Shown here: positions 39,178 through 48,560 of the stretch, one piece after another
Layout of the letters: each line of letters starts with the position of its first letter
Numbering within the stretch: position 1 is the first letter of the stretch
Origin: Parcubacteria group bacterium
Lineage (GTDB): Bacteria; Patescibacteriota; Minisyncoccia; Moranbacterales; GCA-2747515
Length of the DNA stretch: 64,000 bases
Assembly: GCA_041660065.1 (NCBI GenBank)
Contig: JBAZXC010000001.1
Coordinates: 328,535-392,534, forward strand
Reading direction: 5' to 3'
The notes under the pieces: generated by a model
The model's input: only the letters and a program-made list of their open reading frames with translations
Database searches by the model: none
What the model was told of the DNA's origin: nothing
Program-made: the position numbers and the translations under genes

Positions 39178-40422
39178 CTATACGATCCAATGTGGCAAAA
39201 GATAAATTTGCGTTTTGCTTTTCTTTTCAATTTCAATTGAACTCTCATTGGCAATTACTGCACATCGTGGATTATATTCTCTGATAAACGATGTCAACGA
39301 TTTTGATATTTTGGCACTGGAGAAACCGCTTTTACTTTCCAAGGGAATTTTTTCATTATTAGCGTCGATCACAAAATCCACTTCAGCACCAGTTTTGGTA
39401 CGCCAAAAATTCATTTCCATGTCCTTTTTAATAAATTGGGTGGCAATGAAATTTTCATACAAAAAACCTTTATCCAGCCTATTCTCCAACTTATTAAAGT
39501 CATCAATGACGTAATTGCGCAGTCCCGTATCAAAAAAATACACTTTTGGGTTTTTCACAATTTCCGTTCTCTTATTTACAAAAAATGGTCGAATTGTTTT
39601 GCAAATGAATGTTTTTTCCAAAATGTTTATATATTTCTTAAGGGTTATATAATCATATCCGGAGATGTTTCCCAACTCGTTATAGGCAATCAGTTGACCA
39701 ATTTGTACCGAAAGTGCACGCAATAACCTGGAAAGTCTAAAATCATCAGCCAAACCAAGCAAGTCCTTAACGTCTCGTAAGAAATAGGTATTATAAATAT
39801 TTTTGAGGATCATTTCCTTTTCTTTCATATCTTCAGCCAAGACGACACGCGGGTATCCTCCCCAGATAATAAATTCCTCCAAAATATTATTCATTTGCCC
39901 ATTGATATTTTTTGAGACATCAAGTGTGCCGACTTTATTATTTTTCAAATCAACTATTTTTTTATTTTCCTCATAAATTTTAAAAAGGTTTCCGTCTCTA
40001 AAGCGCAAAAATTCTTCAAAATCCAGTTGATACAAATTGAAAACAAAAACGCGTCCAACCAAATATTTAATGGCATGGATTGTCAAATCGATAGTTGAGG
40101 AGCCGGAAATAATAATCTTGTTTTCCGGAAAAGTATCGAACAAATATTTCAATAGTTTCCCCCCATTTTTGGAATATTGAAACTCATCGATAAAAATATA
40201 TTTATGATGAAAATATTTTTTTGCAAACCCTTTGATATCCTGCTCAAAAAGTTCCAGATCATCTCGGTCTTCAAAATTCAAAAAAATCGAATTTTCCAGT
40301 TGCCCCTGAATCTTTTTGAGAAGAGTTGTCTTTCCGGATTGCCGCGGACCGACAATTGCCAAAATTTCTCTTTTTCCCAAATAGTCTAGAATGAGAGGCT
40401 CAATTTTTCGCTCTATATACAT
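39178..40422 (-). CDS. AAA+ ATPase with DUF4143-type C-terminal region
   Basis: GPRQSGKTT, IDEFQ, GGYP, YFFDTGL, EVDFV...LESK. Confidence 0.88.
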   Translation of the reverse strand: MYIERKIEPLILDYLGKREILAIVGPRQSGKTTLLKKIQGQLENSIFLNFEDRDDLELFEQDIKGFAKKYFHHKYIFIDEFQYSKNGGKLLKYLFDTFPENKIIISGSSTIDLTIHAIKYLVGRVFVFNLYQLDFEEFLRFRDGNLFKIYEENKKIVDLKNNKVGTLDVSKNINGQMNNILEEFIIWGGYPRVVLAEDMKEKEMILKNIYNTYFLRDVKDLLGLADDFRLSRLLRALSVQIGQLIAYNELGNISGYDYITLKKYINILEKTFICKTIRPFFVNKRTEIVKNPKVYFFDTGLRNYVIDDFNKLENRLDKGFLYENFIATQFIKKDMEMNFWRTKTGAEVDFVIDANNEKIPLESKSGFSSAKISKSLTSFIREYNPRCAVIANESSIEIEKKSKTQIYLLPHWIV

Positions 40423-40533
40423 ATATTTCGATACTTTTTACTAAAATTATATTACAATATCATTTTAGCAAAGCTAGAATTTTATGTCAAACAGAGAATA
40501 AAAACGACAGCTAGATTGGTGCATACCACCCCA

Positions 40534-40689
40534 ATTGTCATCCTACCACGCCCTGAGAATTTAGGGAGCTCGACTGGAGATTCCATTGTCATCCTCAGCT
40601 CGACTGGGGATCCATAATTTTTCAATGATCTTTTTTAGTTTCGCTAGATTCCCAATCATCTACGCCCTACCACCCAATTTCTACTCCCT
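40534..40689 (+). repeat. ~155-bp direct repeat, copy 2
   Basis: Aligns with 38990-39146. Confidence 0.85.
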
Positions 40690-40703
40690 AATTTCTACTC
40701 TCT

Positions 40704-40737
40704 ATTTACCAGTCCGTAGCTTCAACGAAGGATGGCT
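40704..40737. repeat. 34-bp dispersed palindromic repeat, copy B
   Basis: ATTTACCAGTCCGTAGCTTCAACGAAGGATGGCT. Confidence 0.85.
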
Positions 40738-40773
40738 CTACCCCCTAATTTCTACCACCTAAAAATCTACTCC

Positions 40774-42423
40774 CTAATTTCCTTTCGCGATCGGCATTTC
40801 GATGATGAATTCCGAGCCTTTGTCGACGCCGTCTGATTTGGCGTAAATGTGCCCACCCTGTGATTCGATCAAGTTCTTGCCCACATACAATCCCAATCCC
40901 GATCCATCGGTATAGACTTTGGTCGAATCCGTCCCGCGTGAAAACTTGGCAAAAAGTGTCTTGAGCGATTCTTCGGAGATGCCCATGCCGGAATCCTTTA
41001 TGGTCACACGCACGACCTCACCATCTTTTTCTGCGATAACATGCACAAATCCCTCCTTGGTATATTTGATCGCATTGTCCATCAAATTTGAGATCACTTC
41101 CCGTAATTTGGATTTGTCCGCTTTGATCGCCGGTAATTGTCCATCCGGTGTCTGGATCTCCAGCTCCAATTTCTTGTCCTGCGCGCGCAAGATGAACATG
41201 TCTTTGAGCTCATTCAAAATATCCTCCACATGCACATCATCTTCCAAACGATATTCCAGTCGCCCCGACTCGATGCGCGTGAGATTGAGCATATCCTCCA
41301 CAAGTTGGATGAGTCGTTCATTGGCGAGAAAGATCTTGTTGAGTGCATCATCCGTCTTGTCCGTATTCTCTCCATACGCCCCCTCGAGAATGAGAGAGAT
41401 ATATCCTTTGATCGCCGTAAGCGGCGTGCGCAATTGATGCGACGCGATCGAGATAAATTCCGATTTTGCATTGTCCAATCGCTTGAGCTCGGCATTGGCA
41501 CGCGCCAGATCCTTGGAGAACTTCATCAACCGATCCTTCTGCATCTCTTCACGTTTCACACTCTTGACCACCCCATAACCGATGATGCACACCAACACAA
41601 ACGCGATACTATTGAGCACTCTGTTAGTAGGATTACCGATAAAAAAGAACTGCGCCCCGATGAGAAAAATGAGCGACCACACCAAAGCCTGCGCCCGCGC
41701 AAGCTTGATATCCATTGCACCGTATTGAACGATCAAATATGCTAACGTAACTATAAAAAACAATATTCCAAACAGTCCATACATCTGAATTTCGTATGTG
41801 ATGTATCCCAACCAAACCAATATACCAGCAACAAAATCAGACACAATATAGATAAACACACTCATGCCCAGAATTGCAATTTTTTTGCGATTATCACCAG
41901 CAGCGCGAAAGTATCGATTAGTCAAAAGAGCAACAACCCACAAAGAAATCACAGCTGTTAATATAAACGCATACGCATTATAATACACACCTTCCGAGGC
42001 TTCACAGTTTACCGCATTGAAATTCACCAAACTCCACTCTGACGACATAAAAACAATCAATGGCAACAACAAAGCGCCCCACACTATTTTACTCCGCACA
42101 TGTGCATCTTTACCATCGACAAAAACATAGATAAAATATAACCCTAAGATTTGGTACATGGAAGAAAATATATTAAACACAGACCACCAAAACATAATCT
42201 GAGAACTGTCCACGCTGAGCCATGTCATCAGATCCGCAACAACCCACAACGCGAACGACATGCTGATCCCGCATAAAATATATCCGAGCAACGATCTACT
42301 TTTAAGTAATACAAAACCACCCATAAACAAGGCAATGATCATCGTGGGAATATGCGTATACCATAACAGATGAGGAACTACTATATGACACGATTCAATA
42401 TTTGTCACAAAATTATAATCCAT
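40774..42423 (-). CDS. Sensor histidine kinase with a multi-TM (7TM-like) N-terminal domain
   Basis: About 9 hydrophobic segments; ASHQLRTPL H-box, NLMDNAIKY, DSGMGI, GSGLGL. Confidence 0.93.
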   Translation of the reverse strand: MDYNFVTNIESCHIVVPHLLWYTHIPTMIIALFMGGFVLLKSRSLLGYILCGISMSFALWVVADLMTWLSVDSSQIMFWWSVFNIFSSMYQILGLYFIYVFVDGKDAHVRSKIVWGALLLPLIVFMSSEWSLVNFNAVNCEASEGVYYNAYAFILTAVISLWVVALLTNRYFRAAGDNRKKIAILGMSVFIYIVSDFVAGILVWLGYITYEIQMYGLFGILFFIVTLAYLIVQYGAMDIKLARAQALVWSLIFLIGAQFFFIGNPTNRVLNSIAFVLVCIIGYGVVKSVKREEMQKDRLMKFSKDLARANAELKRLDNAKSEFISIASHQLRTPLTAIKGYISLILEGAYGENTDKTDDALNKIFLANERLIQLVEDMLNLTRIESGRLEYRLEDDVHVEDILNELKDMFILRAQDKKLELEIQTPDGQLPAIKADKSKLREVISNLMDNAIKYTKEGFVHVIAEKDGEVVRVTIKDSGMGISEESLKTLFAKFSRGTDSTKVYTDGSGLGLYVGKNLIESQGGHIYAKSDGVDKGSEFIIEMPIAKGN

Positions 42424-42439
42424 ATTTTTTTATTTGTAT

Positions 42440-43237
42440 TCATTTTATCACAAGTTCATAATCAAAGCGATCTTTCACATATTTTTTCACGATTTCTTTT
42501 TGTGATACCGCACCACACCACCAATATAGATCATCCAACACTTCTGACGGTGTTAATTGACAAATAAGCGGCTTTACACCAAAAATTTCCTCTACTTTTG
42601 TAAAACTCGGCAACAAAATTTCTCTCACAAAATTCCCCTCATCACCTTCTACAACATAATTTTCAAAAAGAATGCCGTGACATAAAAAGAGGGATAAAAA
42701 GTACAAATAATAATATTCTGTCAAATTTCGTGTCCGATAAAACCAATCAGAAAAATCGTACACATTTCCGACTAAATCCGGCATCACCATATCCGTCAGG
42801 TCGTGATGAAAATCTAATAACGATTGTCCCCACACTGTTTTTACATCACACAACCGCTTACCTTCTTCGGTATTGTAATTAATGATCTTTGTGTAAGGCA
42901 CATTTGCAAAACTCTCCAGTCCAAATTCATCGCAAAAATACAATTTGCCCAGTAGATACTTAGGAATGCTCTTTGCAACAAATTTGTCCTTTGTGAATTC
43001 CAAGCATAATGGCTCTAATTTGATTTCTTTTGCCAACTGCAAAAAACGTTCAGTATCATGTCCCGGAGTAATCACATATTGATTCGTGATCGCGCGCGGA
43101 CCATTTTTAAATAAAAATGTAATATCATCACCAAGAAATTCTTCTACTTTGGCACGCAAAACAACATCATTCCATCTTTTGTGAATTTCCATCTTTGCAT
43201 CCTCCAGTGATGTATAAATGCTATAATCTTCTTTCAT
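42440..43237 (-). CDS. Uncharacterised family, paralogue 4 (start MKEDYSIY)
   Basis: EIHKRW, LEP..E..DKF, TVWG...DFHH, HGILFENY, FGVKPLI shared with the neighbours. Confidence 0.8.
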   Translation of the reverse strand: MKEDYSIYTSLEDAKMEIHKRWNDVVLRAKVEEFLGDDITFLFKNGPRAITNQYVITPGHDTERFLQLAKEIKLEPLCLEFTKDKFVAKSIPKYLLGKLYFCDEFGLESFANVPYTKIINYNTEEGKRLCDVKTVWGQSLLDFHHDLTDMVMPDLVGNVYDFSDWFYRTRNLTEYYYLYFLSLFLCHGILFENYVVEGDEGNFVREILLPSFTKVEEIFGVKPLICQLTPSEVLDDLYWWCGAVSQKEIVKKYVKDRFDYELVIK

Positions 43238-43257
43238 TTTTTTATCATACAAAAAAT

Positions 43258-44019
43258 CTATACATGTACATCTTCCATGACATCCTTTGGATAACACCAC
43301 CAATACACATCCATCACCTCTTCCTCCGGTTGTGCGGGAATAATAAGTGGGGATACACCAAATGTATCAACGATTTCATCAAAGGCCGGATTAAATATCT
43401 CTCGTGTAAATTCTTCCTCACCCGCCACAACGTCCGTAAAATTTTCAAAGAGTACGCCATGAGCCACAAATAACGCCAAAAATTTTTTGTAATACTGATC
43501 AATGGATGTTTTCATATGATTTTCAGCGAACCATTCAAAATCATCAAAAATTTCCACCTGCGGAACATATTTCTGTGCAATTCGATGATGAAAATCAACC
43601 AACTTTTCTCCCCACAACGTCACAATCTCATCAAATCTCTTTCCTTGCGCCTGCGCAAGATCAACGATCAATTTATTCTGACTGATAACATCATGATTTT
43701 TATCATACCCTTTAAAAAAACGTGGTTTTACAAGAAGCATTTTATCTTCATTGTTCGTTACAAAAATATCATGCACACCCTCTAATCCCAGTGGCGCAAG
43801 ATGTAATTCCTGTGCCATCTTCACAAAATGACGCAATTCAAAATCCGGTGAAATAATATTCCGTGACAATACAGCGCGCGGCTCATGCTGAAACGGCTCT
43901 GGGATTTCTCCGCTCAAATATTCACGCACACGCTCTTTGAGAGCATCATCTTTCCATCTCCTCTGAATTTCTACCTTTGCATCTTCTATTGTGGTGTAAA
44001 AACTCCTTTTTTGATCCAT
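43258..44019 (-). CDS. Uncharacterised family, paralogue 3
   Basis: EIQRRW, EPRAVL.R, TLWG...DFHH, HGVLFENF, FGVSPLI. Confidence 0.8.
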   Translation of the reverse strand: MDQKRSFYTTIEDAKVEIQRRWKDDALKERVREYLSGEIPEPFQHEPRAVLSRNIISPDFELRHFVKMAQELHLAPLGLEGVHDIFVTNNEDKMLLVKPRFFKGYDKNHDVISQNKLIVDLAQAQGKRFDEIVTLWGEKLVDFHHRIAQKYVPQVEIFDDFEWFAENHMKTSIDQYYKKFLALFVAHGVLFENFTDVVAGEEEFTREIFNPAFDEIVDTFGVSPLIIPAQPEEEVMDVYWWCYPKDVMEDVHV

Positions 44020-44027
44020 ATAATTTT

Positions 44028-44801
44028 TTATTTTTTAATACCTTTCATTTTCTCATCCAATATCTCCTGCATCTGCGCATCAAAATACCACTGATCTGTT
44101 TCCATTTCTTCTTGCGTAAAAAGTGGCACAATTAATGGATAGACCCCAATCTTTTCTTTGACATATTCTATCGCAGGATAACTCACTTCCTCCAAAAAAC
44201 CTTTTGCCGCATCTGGATCATCGTCGTACTCCAAGACTTCGCACGACACGCCAAAGACGGTCACAATCGCATAGAACGCTTTGTAGTATTCCTTGGCTCG
44301 CTCTCCATTGTGCACAAGCCAATCGGACATATCTTTCATTTCAGGCTTTTCTTGATGCATTGTGAAAAATGCATTGTGAAAAAATTCAATCAAATTTTCA
44401 TTCCACATCGTTTGTAATCCTTTTAATTTTTTTCCATCACTGGCAAAATAGTCTATGATATGTGTGGAATGAATGATTGGTTCATTATTTTTGTTCATTT
44501 TTTCGCACACATCAATACGACCCCAACGCAATTTATCAGGGTTTACTGTTGTAAATTTATCATCATAATACTCAAATACAAACGGCTTGAGTTGCAACTG
44601 TTCCGCAATATGCATAAACCGTCGCGTCTCTGAATCTGGGATGCAAATCTGACGAAACAACACTGCACGAGGCTCCTGTAAAAAAACTTCTGGCACATCA
44701 CCATGCAAAAAATCTACGACACGTTTCTTTAGATCTTCATCCTGCCAGCGCCTCTGAATTTCTTCTCGCGCCTCTTCAATTGACATATTATATTTTCCCA
44801 T
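44028..44801 (-). CDS. Uncharacterised family, paralogue 2
   Basis: EIQRRW, EPRAVLFR, DKF...N.DK, EYYK, GVYPLI. Confidence 0.8.
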   Translation of the reverse strand: MGKYNMSIEEAREEIQRRWQDEDLKKRVVDFLHGDVPEVFLQEPRAVLFRQICIPDSETRRFMHIAEQLQLKPFVFEYYDDKFTTVNPDKLRWGRIDVCEKMNKNNEPIIHSTHIIDYFASDGKKLKGLQTMWNENLIEFFHNAFFTMHQEKPEMKDMSDWLVHNGERAKEYYKAFYAIVTVFGVSCEVLEYDDDPDAAKGFLEEVSYPAIEYVKEKIGVYPLIVPLFTQEEMETDQWYFDAQMQEILDEKMKGIKK

Positions 44802-44816
44802 ATTGCTTTCTTAATA

Positions 44817-45596
44817 TTACACCAATCTATTAGATGTTTTTTTCATTTTCTCATTCAATATCTCCTGCATCTGCGCATCAAAATACCATTGGTCACATTG
44901 TTCAATTTCTTCATCTGAAAAAATTTGAACTACCAGCGGTTTCATGCCAAATTCTTGTGTTACATGATCAAATGCGGGTCGTACCACCTCATAAAAAAAA
45001 TTATTCTCGTCACCACCGTCTGCACCAAAGTTATCACACAATACGCCATGTGCAATACACAACGCAAAAAATTGTTTATAGTATTCATTTGCCTTTTTAC
45101 CATGACACACAAGCCATGCAGACAAATCATAGATTTCTGGTCGTGCCATACCCATCGCATCAAATGATGCGTGAAAAAAATCCACAATAGGTTCACCCCA
45201 TGTTGTAGCGATATCCGCCAGTGACTTATTATCATTTGCAATAAAATCAATGATGCGTGTCGAACGAATGATCGGCTCGTTGTTTTTGTTCATTTTTTCA
45301 CACACATCCAATCTACCATACTGCAATTTATCGGCATTACGCGTACAAAACTTATCTGCAAGATATTCCAAATTGATCGGCAATAAACTCATTTTTTGAG
45401 AACATTCCAAAAATCGTTTTGTCTCTGACCCGGGGATGCAAATATTGCGAAAAAGAATGCTCCGCGGTTCACGCAAAAACACCTCGGGGATATCACCTTG
45501 CAGATATTCGCGCACTTTTGTTTTTACCTCCTCATTTTGCCAACGTTTTTGAATTTCCACTGATGCGGTTTCTGGTGTTACATAAAAATCGGACAT
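44817..45596 (-). CDS. Uncharacterised family, paralogue 1
   Basis: EIQKRW, EPRSILFR, DKF...N.DK, HGVLCDNF, FGMKPLV. Confidence 0.8.
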   Translation of the reverse strand: MSDFYVTPETASVEIQKRWQNEEVKTKVREYLQGDIPEVFLREPRSILFRNICIPGSETKRFLECSQKMSLLPINLEYLADKFCTRNADKLQYGRLDVCEKMNKNNEPIIRSTRIIDFIANDNKSLADIATTWGEPIVDFFHASFDAMGMARPEIYDLSAWLVCHGKKANEYYKQFFALCIAHGVLCDNFGADGGDENNFFYEVVRPAFDHVTQEFGMKPLVVQIFSDEEIEQCDQWYFDAQMQEILNEKMKKTSNRLV

Positions 45597-45700
45597 ATCA
45601 TGATGTGATTATAATATATTTAATTATAACACAATTTAAAAGTTTATAGACAAAAAATTAAAGAGGTGCATGTTTATAGAAACACACACCTCAATAGTTC

Positions 45701-46708
45701 TTAGAAAAGATTGGTAACATACTTGATGAAATCACCAGCCTCTTCCAGTCCCTCACTGTACGCCCAGATCCAAAAAACGGCTTGAACGGCAGTGGCCGGG
45801 AGAAGGAACATCCACCGTCTTACGACAGTATTCAATTCCTTATGGTAAAAATACATCACCTGATCCGGACCGTCCCACAAAATACCGACAGTATTGATCC
45901 AAATCATCCACAAATATGCAATCCATGGAGATCGGGTTTTGACGTGATCAAACACCCGACGAAATGCTTTGCCAAAGGATAAATCCTTATCAAAAGCCTC
46001 CGCCATCTTGACCGCACCGGCTGCCTTGATATTGTTACCAAGCCAACCGAAAAGAAAGTACCAGACCAGAGAGAATTGCGCTTTTACACACAACTCCACC
46101 ATCGCCAGGGAAAACACGGACCAACTCCAATCATAGATCGAGTCAACCAGTCCCCATTTTTCCATCGTGGCAACCTTCTTCACAATCTCATCTTTACCAT
46201 CTTCTTCTTCGATAGCGTAGAACTCAATCGCTGTGATCTTGATCACATTGACGGAGTACACGACAAATCGTGAAAACCGATGTGACTTTTCTGTCGCCGA
46301 TGCAACATAATACGCATACAGACGCCCGAAAATCTTTTTTGACAACTCACTGAAAATCACCTTCTTGACCATTGCGATGATCTGTGCAAAAAACACAAAC
46401 GCCACAATAATCACCGCGACCTTCGGTAAAAATTCCCACAAGTACTTTGACAGAAAGTCAAATACCCGAGGAGCATAGAACACAATCTGATCACCAAAGA
46501 CTACAGCAACGGTAGTGGCGATCACGATCATACTGATTTTCAGAAACACTTTGTTGCCACTGATGATCCAAATCAGACACAACAGTGCCATAGCAACCAT
46601 CGCTAACACCAGAGAAAATTCCCCAAGGTTAGCAACCAACCATAGAGTTACCGCATGAAGTTCATGCAATAACCCGTTCTCCAAAAGCCTGTTTACGAGT
46701 CCCTGCAT
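45701..46708 (-). CDS. Hypothetical polytopic membrane protein
   Basis: GAGGTG SD; multiple TM segments; Trp-rich C-terminal half. Confidence 0.7.
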   Translation of the reverse strand: MQGLVNRLLENGLLHELHAVTLWLVANLGEFSLVLAMVAMALLCLIWIISGNKVFLKISMIVIATTVAVVFGDQIVFYAPRVFDFLSKYLWEFLPKVAVIIVAFVFFAQIIAMVKKVIFSELSKKIFGRLYAYYVASATEKSHRFSRFVVYSVNVIKITAIEFYAIEEEDGKDEIVKKVATMEKWGLVDSIYDWSWSVFSLAMVELCVKAQFSLVWYFLFGWLGNNIKAAGAVKMAEAFDKDLSFGKAFRRVFDHVKTRSPWIAYLWMIWINTVGILWDGPDQVMYFYHKELNTVVRRWMFLLPATAVQAVFWIWAYSEGLEEAGDFIKYVTNLF

Positions 46709-46807
46709 GACATCACCTCTTTGGTTTTGGTTAAAGTTGTAAACGAACTACGAAATCCCATTATACACCAAAAAAGCCCCTTTGTCAATCCCCCACACAC
46801 CAAAAAC

Positions 46808-46907
46808 CGCATAAAAACTCACTTTTTATGCAAAAACAACCTCAAAATCTACCATCTTTGAGAATTTAAAAAGCCATAGTCAGCTTATACAGCTTTATTA
46901 TCAAAAA
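46808..46907 (+). repeat. ~100-bp direct repeat, copy 1
   Basis: CGCATAAAAACTCACTTTTTATGC...TCAAAAA matches 48402-48501. Confidence 0.85.
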
Positions 46908-47010
46908 CTGCATCATAGCAATTACTCACAATACGTTCGACTATTTTTTCACTATACCAACTTCAAAATGATATAATGGGATTATTATGTAACTGTTTAT
47001 AAATTACTCT

Positions 47011-47517
47011 ATGCACCCACTAGATAAACTATGCCGTCCTGTAGTCACTGCGATCATCAGGAAGAACATCGGCAACATACCTCACATCCTTATGCAAACA
47101 CGGTGGAAACCAAAAGAAGATCCCCTCTACAGTGGCACGCTGGAATTGCCGGCTGGACATTTGGATGCGTTCGAGGATATACATGAAGCTCTAAAACGTG
47201 AGGTTTTCGAGGAAACCGGTTTGCATGTGCGTGTCATTTCACCGGATACGCGAACAAAAACTTTCTCACCACGTGAGGACGGTGCATTTGGTTTTCAACC
47301 GTTTTGTGCTCATCAACAGATCAAAAATGGCTTACCCTGGATCGGATTTGCCTTTTTATGCGAAGTTGAAGATGGTGAATTTGTCGCGCAAGAAAGTGAA
47401 ACACGCGACCAAAAATGGCTGCCGGAATCTGACATCGAAATGATGGTCAAAAATGCTCCTGAAAAAATATTTACATTTCACCTTGCGGCACTCGCATACT
47501 ATTTTGAGAAAAAATAA
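47011..47517 (+). CDS. NUDIX hydrolase
   Basis: PAGHLDAFEDIHEALKREVFEETG. Confidence 0.9.
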   Translation: MHPLDKLCRPVVTAIIRKNIGNIPHILMQTRWKPKEDPLYSGTLELPAGHLDAFEDIHEALKREVFEETGLHVRVISPDTRTKTFSPREDGAFGFQPFCAHQQIKNGLPWIGFAFLCEVEDGEFVAQESETRDQKWLPESDIEMMVKNAPEKIFTFHLAALAYYFEKK

Positions 47518-47636
47518 AATCCTTATAATGACAAGGGTTTTCAGGCTCGCTAAATTAAAAAATGTGTGGCCATTGACTACTCTTATTTTTTAATGTTAGT
47601 TGAATACGAAAAAAACATATCACTTAAAACCGCTCT

Positions 47637-48104
47637 ATGCAAAAAATTAAATGTAAAAATAATTTCGACAAATTAGTCGAATTGCCGATCAACAAATTTG
47701 TTTTTAGGCCGAGTGTATATGGAATAATATTGGATAAGGGTGAAGCGGTTTTCATGAAAAATAAAAGTAATGGTAAACTCTGGTTCCCAGGCGGAGGCAT
47801 TGAAATCGGGGAAACTCTGGAGGTGGCATTAAAAAGAGAAATTATGGAAGAAACCGGTCTCAAAGTCAACATGGGTGAGATGACCCTATTCAAAGAAAAT
47901 TTTTTCTACTACGAGCCGTTGGATGAGGCTTATCATGCTTTCCTATTTTTTTTCATATGTAAAGCTAAAAATAAAAACCTTTCTGACTCCACCGACTTGG
48001 AATCAAAAAATCCAAAGTGGATGAAAATCAAAGAAGTCAAGAAAAATCAAATTAGCGATCTAGCCGATGATTTGTATAAATTATTACAGAAGATCGAGGA
48101 TTAG
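47637..48104 (+). CDS. NUDIX hydrolase
   Basis: PGGGIEIGETLEVALKREIMEETG. Confidence 0.92.
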   Translation: MQKIKCKNNFDKLVELPINKFVFRPSVYGIILDKGEAVFMKNKSNGKLWFPGGGIEIGETLEVALKREIMEETGLKVNMGEMTLFKENFFYYEPLDEAYHAFLFFFICKAKNKNLSDSTDLESKNPKWMKIKEVKKNQISDLADDLYKLLQKIED

Positions 48105-48401
48105 AAGTAATCTGTTTGTTCGTTAAAATCAACCCCTATCAAAGGAAGGTGACATCATGAACGAATCCGGCAATGGGTAATGACAGCTCTTTTATTAGAA
48201 TCAGAAAGGAACAGTTTGGCTACTGAAAAACCGGACGACGAGTTATGTTTTGTTCACCTGCTTTAGCAATAGAAATATTCAAAATTCTTAAACTGCCCAT
48301 GTTCTCTAGCGAGAAGATTTGGCAGTTTTTATTTTTTTATATGAATAATGATATTATACTATCGTTTTTCATATGAATTTTGATATTTTAACACGCCAAT
48401 T

Positions 48402-48501
48402 CGCATAAAACCTCACTTTTTATGCAAAAACAACCTCAAAATCTACCATCTTTTAAAATTTAAAAAGCCATGGTTAGCTTATGCGGATTTATCATCAAAA
48501 A
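48402..48501 (+). repeat. ~100-bp direct repeat, copy 2
   Basis: Matches 46808-46907. Confidence 0.85.
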
Positions 48502-48560
48502 AGATATAATTCAACAATACAAAAGGGACGCCCTAAAAAAGATGCTTGACCCCTTATTCA

